In this document: positions 24,025 to 36,000 of the stretch, in pieces
How positions within the stretch are numbered: position 1 is the stretch's first letter
Layout: each line of letters opens with the position of its first letter
From: Iphione sp. A-MEVVRFRX5
Taxonomy: Eukaryota
Assembly: GCA_976226885.1 (NCBI GenBank)
Contig: OZ320313.1
Span: forward strand, 46,314,001-46,378,000
Direction: 5' to 3'
DNA: 64,000 bases
Made by a program: the position numbers and the translations under genes
Notes under the pieces: generated by a model
Told to the model about the DNA's origin: nothing
The model's database searches: none
What the model saw: only the letters and a program-made list of their open reading frames with translations

Positions 24025-27000
24025 GTAAGTGCCTCTCCACCCTTCCACACCATGCTCAAATGATTTCAAATCGTGACGGCGACAGCTATACTAGTGGCGT
24101 ATGATGAAACACGGTGTACCAATTACTCACTGTCAGGACTAGGTGCAGCATCCTGCTTTATATGGTTTATGTTTTCAAGCAAGAAGGTCATTCATACTAA
24201 AAAAAAAAAGACAAGACACCTATGAATCAAAGGTTCTTAGAATTTCATTTCTTACCGGCCTTTATGTGAACATGTAACATAAACAGTGTGACGGTGTACA
24301 ATATAGTAATGAATAATATGATTTACATGTACACGTCAAGGATAAAGCATTGATCACTATGACTGGTCTGAGTTCTGAGATCTTACAATTTTCTCACAAC
24401 CCACTGCCCCCTCCCAACATGCCTGATACAAGCAGAAAAAATCCACTTGTTGAATATCAATGCAATGTTTGAAGGGTATGCTGAAACGGGCTCTTTTATC
24501 ATAGTCCAGTGGATACCGAAGCCAAATCATTTGTCATCGAACCTAATTAAGTACACGCATCAGTTTAACAGGGTGACCTAGGTTGGCTTGTAAATATGGT
24601 GTAAATATCGCGGTCTTGTTCAACATGACTCAAACTAAACAGTTGGGAGGTTCAATATATTGTGTCAATAACGAAGTTTGAGTCCGTATTAGCCATGCTG
24701 GGGGCAGCATCCCATGGGAGCTCCCTACAGCGTCTACTCCCTGGAGAACACTCTATTCATAGCCACCCTGTCATCCACGCGCGCTCCCAGTCAAACTGCA
24801 ATGCTATTCTATATGAACGTACACGACAGTTTGTCTTGCGAATCATATTTGAATACAATGTACAGCATTCGACCTCATATTTATTAAGAATATGAACTTG
24901 CCCGCTCGACACTTCAGTTCTCATCCTCCTTTTCAGATGGGACGATGAACTGTTTTTTTTCCTACTATTTTTACTAACTGTCACAAAAATCAACTTTCGG
25001 TGTTTTCTTTCACCTTCGCTCGCTTCAGGAAATGTTACAGGTGAGAGAATTATCCCGAAATGTTGTTTTGTCCGTCTGTTATTTAGTAAAAAGTCAACGA
25101 TTTGTAAACATTACCTTTAAAATTATCCCTGGCACGTTTACATGTCTATCTGTACACGTTCACCTGATGCTACGACAAAACGACTTGAGATAATCCTACC
25201 CCCCCCCCCCTTTCTTCTCCACCAAATCTCCTCTTTCGGACACTGCTGACGCCATTATCATTGACACCTTTTACACTCTATCATTCATTATCACGTAATC
25301 TCATCAAATGGCACATATTCGAATACATGTATGTTCATATGTCATATTTGTTTGAATAATGCTGCTCTTCATTCATATAACTAATGGTGCATTATTCGCA
25401 TCCACATTATTCCTATTTTCTATTTAAAGCGCCTCCCAGGAGTAGCGACTTGGGTAAATGTCACCTTGGAATAACTCATATTAGCAGTGTCATAGTTCAC
25501 TTTATCTTTATTTATCGTTTACGAGCTGATTCTAATGGACGTTCATTTTAGAATGTCATCTTCTTTTGACTGTCCCCTTTTTCACAGTACACTGACCCAT
25601 GCCTGTCAAGATCCTCGAGCGCATCCTTTGTAGAATACCGCATAGCCTTGCTCCTTGTATTCAATCTTCTTCGCTGCTTTCATTTAATTAACCCAAGGGC
25701 TTTCCCTGGACGAACCATTAGATGGGTCCGTACGAGAATGACCGCTTGGAACGAGTTCGGCCATTCGACGTATTGTGTAGGAAATTATTAGTCGCCCCAT
25801 TTTCACGCATGACGTACAAGTTATCACCTGAATGACAGGTTTTCATACCGCACCGGAGTAATAAATAGTCGGGACGGTCAATCTATTCAGAGATGTTTGC
25901 CTTCACGGCCCGCAAACCTGTCGTGGGCATTTCATATCATGTTGTAGTGGATCAGCCAATAGGATCCAATGTGACGGACATGAATACTGCCATCCAACCT
26001 GCAAGCTACCAAGGAAAGCCACATACCTGACTAAATATATGTGTAGAATATATACATGTGCGGTTTCGACTCTGAACTGTATATATTATATATACGTTTA
26101 TATAAGATATACACGGATACATTTTCATTCTACTTCTCCGAGGAGTACACTTTATTTCATATTCATCGTGCACAAGTAACCGCCTGAACATTTCTTAGTT
26201 TTTGTCGTGGGGGAGGTGAAAGAAATGACGTAATGGTTTATTATTCCTAGTTAATGTTCGAGAGATCGACGAGCAGGTGATGGTGTGTCGAAATCAATCC
26301 ATATGTCAACATAATTCATAACACCTGTTGTCTGGGGCCAGAGCCAGCAGAACAGTCCTTTATTACTCTGCTTCATACGATCGGCTTCAAGGAGCACAAT
26401 TTTCCATTATTTCACTTCCGATCTCATAGCACACATGAAGTTGCCCACTACAGGAGAAAAACCCGCTTATGAGGTCTTTTTACAACTTCCCACGTAGTGA
26501 ACTTTTCGCCTGTTTACTGAACCTTAGTAAACCTACCGCTGACTTTGGAGTTCCTCTGCTACCAAATTTAGTCTTTTCTCACTGTCTACCTTACACTCAA
26601 AATTATCTTCGTCGAAATATTGCTGGATAATGATGACTTTCCGTAAGACTTAATGGAGAATACTAATGTTATACTAAACTAAGAATTACATTCTCAATAA
26701 TCAATTACAAACGTTAGCCAAACTAAGATTAAATGTATGATACAAATCATAACGTAACATGATACAACACCTACTGCTTAAAATTAACTGTATAATTCAA
26801 CTAATCTTTAAGGCTTTAATTTTTGCCGTTCTACTGTGAATTGCAACTGTAATTTTATTCAGCTTCTATCATATTACCCTTCTTTTGCTAGCTGACAAAC
26901 CATGTAAGCGCTTTGAGTGGTTCCAAAGACGGTTCAATGACTTGGACGTATCTGTTACACTTTAGATCTCAGTAGATAAAATTGCTCGAGAGCTGCCCCG

Positions 27001-30000
27001 TCAGCGACAGCAATTTACATCTTTGTCTGTGGTTGGTTGTGCATATTGGCTTTTACTCATACTTACTTTACTTTGCTCATAATGTGGATACATGGGCGGT
27101 TTAACCATGCGTGATGTCATTTGAATGGTTGATGCTATCGTTTTGTGACTGATAGAATACCTGAAAACGTGAACCCCCCGTGGCATTTACTCGTGTGCAC
27201 GCCGCTTTTACCACCAACACATTCTACGATCAATCCAAGCTTGGACACAGTCCACTTAACCTTATTGTTCCGAGAGGCTCCCTATGCACCAGCAGCAACA
27301 TATCCATGTATCTGCCAACTTAGTTGAGTAGTTTATTGCCCTCTTTGTAATATTTATGTACATACAGAAAAAGACACAATTTCCACTATATAACCTTCCG
27401 TTTATATTAATTTGTATACTTATTTTGGATTAGGATCATTAAAATGTACGTAGGTTTAGATGCTGGTAGTTAGTATTGTATTCTGTCTTTAGTTTGAGTA
27501 GTGATCACGCATCTGGCACAAAATATTTAAGTCGATATTAGAAACTTTGGTTTGGGTCTCTGAAAGTAACACCGAGTATATTCTGGCCTCCTGGCATGTA
27601 ATGTACTAAACACTAATACCAAGCATTGAATGTATTGCTGATAGATCTAAGAACAAAAAAAGAGAGAAAGAGCATTACTGATCATTCCCTTGGTACTTCA
27701 CTGACAGCATTTGTGAGGATGGACAGGTGGTCAATACTGGTCGATGGCATTATCTAAGTTTACAATGAGAGAGCTACACAGTCACATACCTTTTGACAAA
27801 TTCACATTAACGTTTTGACATTGTTAAGGCGTGTGGGGGGTTGACTGGTGGTAATTGCTGGTCATTAAATGTCTTCCCAACTTTGGAATTGCTCACGTGA
27901 CATATTTCTTCCTGTATTTGTGTGCCTATTAGCTTTTATCGAATCCCTGCATGACTATTGTGGCATAAAAAGAACCATCCGAAGAATAGGCTTGTTGGAG
28001 AGAAGGCAGATGACTCTAAGGGTGAAAGGGTGGGGGACATTAGCACTGTTGACATTTATCAACTCACTACATGAAAATGATACAGTCATGCAAATATCAC
28101 CATGAAACGGATATTGGGGCAAACAAGAAGCTTGAAACGGCCCGTAAACAATGGAATGCGTGTCAAAAATATGCAAATTTATGGCGTCCTCAACATATTT
28201 ACTCGGAGACGGCGTCCCCTACTTAATGAATGGTGTCGTGTCAACCGCGCTCGGTAAATGCATTTTTCCCAGACAGGTTCCCACAGAATAACGACGGTCA
28301 GAGGAGGTAGCTGCAAAGGAAATCGAAGAGTTTAAGTGGATTGTCTGTCAATGGAAAAGAAGCTAAACGCTAGACCGTTAGGGCATGCAACACTCGTCAT
28401 GTTCGATTGGAAAGCAGTTTTCTTTATAACACTTAATGCAGTTTTCGTCATAAAAACAAATCTAAAGTCAGAGTGAGCTGTCATGGTACGCTCTTTCCAA
28501 AATGTCAGAGAAGCCCTAGTTGTATGCCCTACTTCATATTGCGTCGGGCACGCAATGAGGAGAACCAAGTGGTCTCACCCATAAAATTCTGTCCATTACA
28601 AAGAATCTGTTCGTATAGCGGGAATCACTTCCCCGACAGAAAACAGAAAGAAAGATATGCTTCAGCCGAAATAAACGTCTGGAAATTAATCAGGGAAAAC
28701 CAGAATTCCCACATGGACCGGTTTCTCATTCTCTGCCACGACTTTATTCCTGGAAGACGTTTCTGAAAACAGATCCGAAAGAAACCAAACGCACTTCTGA
28801 GCATGCTGTGTCTTCGTTTGTTGCTCGATTAATTACTGCAGGCGTTCCGCCTTTAAGATTAATTGGTATCGACACGAAACACAGAAATATTCTGGTGTTT
28901 GTGAAGCCTGCGATGCTGCAACGGATAGTACATAATTATTCCATCCTCCACCAGTCCTTTCCTACCAACTCCCTCTGGAGATGATTTTGCTCGAGGTGTT
29001 GACGAGCGGAACGAGCAGACAGATGAACTGCTATGCATTAGAGCTTAGCATTAACAAGGAAAATAATGACCCTTTCCTCAGCATTGCTCGGCGGAAGAGA
29101 GGGTGGGGGTTAGGGACAGAACAGAAGCCCTCCCTCCGCACCACTGACAACCATCCTCCCTTCATCTACCGCACCCGACTTTAACAGCAGGTTCTCATTA
29201 TTTCCCTTGCATGCACTGGCTGATCGTATATCCAGTCTTGAACAGCGAACCCCCACCCTACCCTTCTCCTTCCTAATTGTTGAAAGCCTCATAAGCAGAC
29301 AATGTAGCTAATTTCGACTTTTTTCCTGGCTTGTTAACAGAATGAAAACTCTCGTCTGGTTTATTTTATCCAAGTACTCTCAGCAATGTAGACATCCGTG
29401 AAAAATAGGAAAACAGGAAATGCGCCCATTTTTTTTACTTTTGGCTAAATGTCTTCATCTATAACATGCCATAACTTATATTTGTATCCCAATGATTCCT
29501 GCCTCGTGTACTGTTGTGGTTCTTGTTACATTTATAGTAGTTTGCAATTTTGAATTTTCCTTTTGAAACATTTTATATTGTTTCTTTTAAACTTAATGAG
29601 AAATGTTTGATCAGTTTTTTTAGAGCTCTTACGGGACTTAATTTGTATTTTCTTGGTAGCGGTCGTACGTACGCTAATGTCATTACGATGCAGCTGAGAA
29701 CTGCCCTCATGATTAATATGATAACAAGGAGGAAGAAATCCATCAACCGTATGCTCAAAAAAGGAAGACAACCAATTACGGCCCCTTGAGAGGCATAGGG
29801 TTAGATTAGGTGATAATTCCAACGAGAATCCCCGATACATGACCTTGCCATCGTCATGTCCTTCATCTTTGATAACTCCTCCTGCCTATGTACACGTATT
29901 CTGTATAGTAGCCCTTCCAAATTACCTTAAAACAAATGGTGTGTTTTTCCTCCAAAGATATCTTTGGGATAATACAGTGCGGCAGATACTGAAATAGATA

Positions 30001-33000
30001 GGATAGACAGGAGAGCAGCGCCACCTCTTACTAGACCTGCCTACTAACGGCGAACAAAAGGAAGCTTTCTTAATGATGCTTTTCGATCGAGATGGATCTG
30101 CAGTGATTACTGACTACCTCTCTTACAGACTACGACCGCATCCATTGCAAGCAGGACGGTGACCTAGACCTGACGTGCACCGGGGACTATGCTATCCGCA
30201 TCCTCTCGGCTCGGAAGCGGAAGCTACTGTCTGGTTCGTGTACCTCCAGCCAGGGGGACATTTACCAGGCGTGTTACAGCGAGAGCACCGCCTACTCGTC
30301 GGTGACGCGCGCCTGCAACACCAAGACGACATGCCGGACGGACGTCACTGCCATCTTGTCCTACAGCAATGTCGGATGCGAGGGCTACAACGGCGACTAC
30401 ATCCTGCATGTCATCTACAGATGCGAGCCGCGTACGTGTCTCTTAGGAGCTTTTAGCGACGACCAGATTGAGTTTGAATGAGATCCTTTAGTGCTTCCTC
30501 TAATTACGTGTATACTCCTCATCCCTTTCGGCGCATTCCTTTGTTACCTTCCAATAAGCACACCAAGGGACACGAGTGTTTTCCAAGAAACTGCAGAGAC
30601 ATTCTATGCAACGGTCTACTGTACAGAATGTCTATTGGGAAAGTAACAGAACAATCTAAATTAATCGTTCGAGTAACAGAAAGTACAAGCCGTGGGCTAA
30701 ATTCGCATGTATACCAGAAAGAAATATAAACTTCTCCTCTCTGTTCCAGCTTCTTTGCCGGCACACGTTGCGTGGACAAAGTCGATATGCTCGGGTCAAG
30801 CCGACCCCTTACCGTGGGCACACATCCACAGTCTGGTGCCCAACGGTGCCAGTGCCTTTCTCGCCACTACCAGCTGTATGTGCCTCATCGACGTACCTGC
30901 CAACGTCGAGGTACAGGTGAGTGCGACCCTTCCCTCAGACGCCTTTTCTATGGTGATGGCATGTTTCATAGGAACCGCGCCCTCAGTCCACTAAATTACA
31001 AAAAACGTTTCACCAAATAGAACGACTCTTACAGTAACCATACCCGTCGTGTACTAAATTAAAGGAAACGTAACGGCATTAGAAAGATGACTATACGGCA
31101 TCCATACAGCTACAACAACCATGCCAACTTCGCTCACTACATTATACAGTGGAACATCTCAAATACGGACACCTGTTCTGAGCTCAACTGTCCACATTTG
31201 AGACATGGCCACATTAGTGGTCTGCTAGTAGTATAGGATTAGAGTGCCAAATTTGATTTGATTTGAATCCTAAAAGTGCCAAATTTAAGTAATAGTCCTA
31301 AAAAGCCTAAATTGCATTCGTTTTACTGCTTTCTGGCCGAACTTGCATGAATTTCACCATTTTCAGCTGAATGTGCATGAGTTCTGCCATTTTTTTCATC
31401 CCGAATTTAGAAGAATTTCAGTGTTTTTCAGGCAGCTTTTACCTTTTCACGCCCGTGTAAATATGGTGTAGATGATGTGAAAACATAGAAGGAAACATGT
31501 GAAGGAATGTGTGAAGGAACGTGTGAAGACATCTGAAAGACAATGCGAAAACACCTCTGAAGAGCTAGACATTGCTGAAGATGCTCATTGGAAGTGGTTG
31601 CATGTCTCTCTCACACCTCTGAATAGCTTGTCCGCAGGGGACGTCAGGCAAAAATTGCCGTACTGATATGAGGTGTCTTATTATATGGGTTAACTGTGGA
31701 ATACGAATTGTCTGAATTTGAGACATATCCATATTGCAGATGTGTCGAAAAGGGGATGTCCCACTATATTTACTCTAAATGTAACTTACGTCATCTTAAA
31801 AGTTCAGTAATAAGATTATGCAAAAATGCATATAATATAATGCATATATATCCTCTATTTTGAGGTAAAGCCCAGATTCTCAGTGCACCTTTGCAGGTAC
31901 AAAACGTTGTTTTTAATAAAGTTCAAGGTAATGTATCAATTGAAAACTAATCCACAGAATAAAAAAGAATGAACAAGGTGATTGGAACAATCTTTTGGTT
32001 CCCGGCCTATAGACACAATACAGTAATACAGTACAATACAGTAATATAGTGACATTATTTTAATATTATGACATTATGTTAACACCATGGTATTTTTCTA
32101 CCAGAAATATCCATATTGGATAATCTTTCTCTAAAATATCAAAGAGCTAGATTAATCTTAAGTAAAGTTAGTAAAGATACAATGTCTGGTTGGACGGTTA
32201 GATGCCGGGATTTTTCTTAGACTGGGACAAACCCACTCCTAATGTTGCCATTCATAGGCGGGGACGAAAGTACAGAATTTTCAAAATGCGTTAACACATT
32301 CTTGAGAGAATCACACGCGTGCATGTCGCCTCGGTTATCTGGGTTTTTACTGGGAAAACCTTACCATTTACGTTGATTCAGAGGTCCTCACACGTTTTTC
32401 CTTGCATTCCTGTGTAGCCCATATTACTCTCTATGCATGTTACCCATCGATGATAACAAAAGCGTTTTCCTAATAATGTGTATTCCTTTATATATCGAAT
32501 CCAATTGGATTTCTTCGTAAGCAGTGAGTGAGAATATAGAGCTCTGATTTACTTAGGTACATATAGGGCCTATATTTATTCACAATGAATTGAGGGAACG
32601 TGTACTTCGTCCTTTCCAAATGAGTTCGTTGCTCTGAAACAAGAAAATATAAGCCCTCTTTTAATTCAAACGCTTGGGTACAAATAGAATACAATACAAA
32701 CTGCAATATCATCCTCTGCGAAAGGTCTCGTGTTTCGTCTCGGTGCTACTGAGGCAAACCTGATTATTCATTCTTCTGTAACTTTCTCCCTCACTATAAC
32801 TTCGTTGCTCACCACAAACACCTGAAGCCTGGCCAACAGCAACGCAGTGTTCCTTGTTTAGGGGGGTGGGGACGTCAGTCGGGACCAACCTGAGCTGCTC
32901 CCGGGTGGGTGACAGGCGCAGCATTGAAGGCTGAGCTGCTCAAGGCACTGCCGAGCTTGCCGACGACACCTCCTGAAAAGGGCGGAGGAGAAGGGAGGGG

Positions 33001-36000
33001 GAGCTTGTGCAGCCAGGTGGGCAGCCGGCAGGTGGGGGGGGGGGGCGCCCTAGGATGGCGATGGGCGGTTCTCCCCGGGGGTTAGCCCGACCGCCCCTTT
33101 GATTCAACGTCAACGCCGAGCGGACTAAGTCCTACAGCCAGTGGGCGGCGGAGGGCCTGGACGAGGGGGTGGGGGGTGGGGGGCACCAGGAGAGATTTAT
33201 CTTAGTCACCCAAGCTACTCGACCTGCTACAGGCGAGACGACCATATAAGTTTGCGAAATCATGGGACGCAACACACAAATCACTGAAACGAGTTATGAC
33301 GTTTATGGAAAGGGACTTCATTACTTAAAAGGAGAAGCTTTTGGCTGTGTCGATCTAATGGACGGCACATTTAAAAAAATAAATGTTTTTCCTTCAATAT
33401 AATTACAAAAAAGCGACTATCGATCCACCAGCCTTTGTTATACTTTATCCCGAAGCTTATTAGACCGCCATAGAGCGCTAACTTTTAAAGCCGAGTGACA
33501 CGGTCCCATTAACCCCGGGCAGTCTAGATCTGATTTGATGGGCCTTGAATGTCTTAGCAATATATTTAATGAGCATAGCCGATATAGTGCTCGGGTCAGA
33601 CGGGGTAGCAGAAATCCACAGTGTGTGCTACTGGGTGTGCGCCCAAGAGAGCAAAATGTTGAAGAGGCAGTGCGATGGCGTACATCTATAAAGAAAATAA
33701 CATAGCTTGTGTAATACGTCCAAAATTGTTCCAGTGGTGCTACATCTAGAATGACATTCTACGTGCAGTATGGCAACACGTTTAAATACCAATCGCCCCC
33801 CCCGTCTAATATTTTGCTGTACATGTATATCCTATCCACTCATCCAATCTGGATCTTATGGGCTTATATACTCAGAAACAACGAACCTAAGGTTCTGGAA
33901 AGTCCAGAAACATTTTCCTACTACGGACTCTTAATTGGCACTGAGTGATTTTGAAGATGATAAGTAAAGAGACTTTTTTTATCTACCGTGTGACCCTATT
34001 AACTGTAGAATTAATCGGGGTGGCTTGTTCTGATGAACAAGTTTTACACTTTCTGGTATCCACATACTGAAAATGACAGACTCAAAAGGACCGCACGCTT
34101 TACGCTGATTGGTTTCGTTTAGAGGTTTGGCCTCTGCCTTACTTTAATCCAAATGTTGAAGTAGGATCCATGCACTCCACTTTTGGGGTAACATCACTTG
34201 TATATTAAGCATATATACGAATACACGGCGGGTGTACATGTATGTATATAACATTGGCATAGTAGTTGACGCTGGCTTTCGCTATAATGTATCGGGTTTG
34301 ATTTTTTACTGAGGATATCCACACAATATTCAATCTACATTGTATATCTCTGTAGCTAGCCTCTGGCGTCTCCAGAGAGGACAACGTTCTGTATTATACC
34401 TATACTTCTGGTGATGGCGACGTGGCTTATATAGACGGTGTATGTTATATTCTGCAACAACAGATCCAGCCACAAACGTTCAGCCTCACCAAGTACGGCA
34501 CGTGGTGCGGCCAGAAGATTGTGCTGCGTGACGGCGCCGACTCACGCGAGTTCTGCAGTCAGCTGTACGACCCGTTTATCCTGAGGTGCGCGCCCCAAGC
34601 ACGCACGTTGGAGCTGAGCTTCGTTAACAACGACGCCAGTATCCTCACACACTTCAACATAAGTATCTGGGGTGAGTAGACAGTGCTGCTGTAAAAGCTG
34701 GGGCAGCCCTGGCAGGGACAGCCTCAGTGAGAATGACATGTCACTGCATATATCAAGATCAGGCCTTTCGTGTGGAAGTCGTTCTCCTTTCTTCGCCGAC
34801 TTCTTAAAGGTCGGTTCCGTGATATCTCGTATGTTGATCCACATCGCCTAATTAGAGATTCGCCTTCTTACTTCAGCCACTACGGGGGATCAGCTCATGT
34901 TCTGGTGCGGTTTACCGCCGACAACTAGTACGACAGCCTCAACCGTCACCTCGTCAACACAAACCAGGAGCACCAGTACAACATCTATGTCGTCTACTAC
35001 GACCACTGCCCCGACTACCAAACCAACACCAACCACCACAGCCTCAACACTGCCGACCACTACGACGACAAGTACCGTGCCCACCACAAGCTCGACGATA
35101 TCCCAAACTGTGACTACGAGAACAAGTACGCTGCAAACCGTTCCATCCTCCACAAATTCCTCTCCGACCGGCAGCGAGGCACCCCTCATGACACCCCCGG
35201 TCTTGAACGTCCCATCCAACGAGCCCCCAGGCGATACGGATACTTCCACCACCGTTAAGACGACGGCTACGATGCCGCCCTTGCCGCCACTACACGCCGC
35301 CTCCACGACGTCGACGACAGCACCGGACGTAGAGACTCAGCCGACGGCGATGATGCCGGTCTCGGTCTCCTCCAGTAAGGATCCGCGCGACAGCAATGTC
35401 CTGGAACCGGCAGCGGGCGACCCGAAGGACCAAGGAAGCCAGGAGCCGTCCTTCACTGCCTCCCGGATCCCCGACGGTGAGCGTGTCCAATCGTCCACTT
35501 AGCTTAGCGCGAACCTTTAGCGAGAACCTTTAAAAGTGATTCCTCGCCAGCTGTGAGCCTTTAAGGCAGAGGGTCGTGGGAGGGTAAGCCTTTGAAACTA
35601 TTCTCTGCCGACTGCTTCCGGCGTGCCATGAATCATTCTAATTCCATTTGGAATCGAACGACTGGGTTCCTGTCCCACACTGAACTACTTCCACTTTGGC
35701 TTTTTATTGTCTGATTTATATGACATGGAAGGATACTCAATTAATGCGAATAGAAACGTTGTAGACGCTACAGTATAGATTATTAAATACATGTACATGT
35801 ACACAGATATATTAAGTTTGTGTATAAGTGCCTTTATATCTACTGCTGTTTGTCACAATATAAAGGGCTCTGGTGTTTGAGCATATACATGTATATAGCG
35901 AATATAAAAAGGATACGTAATATGTCACTGTAAGGAGGTTACATGTGAGAAGGAGTAGGCTCTCACAGAAGAAAAGAATTTAAGAAGTTCTCTTCAAAAA

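Noticed and set aside
34890-35306. Minus-strand Val-rich 138-aa ORF
   Set aside because: It is the antisense of the Thr-rich stalk exon (ACN codons); the same applies to 3672-3962.
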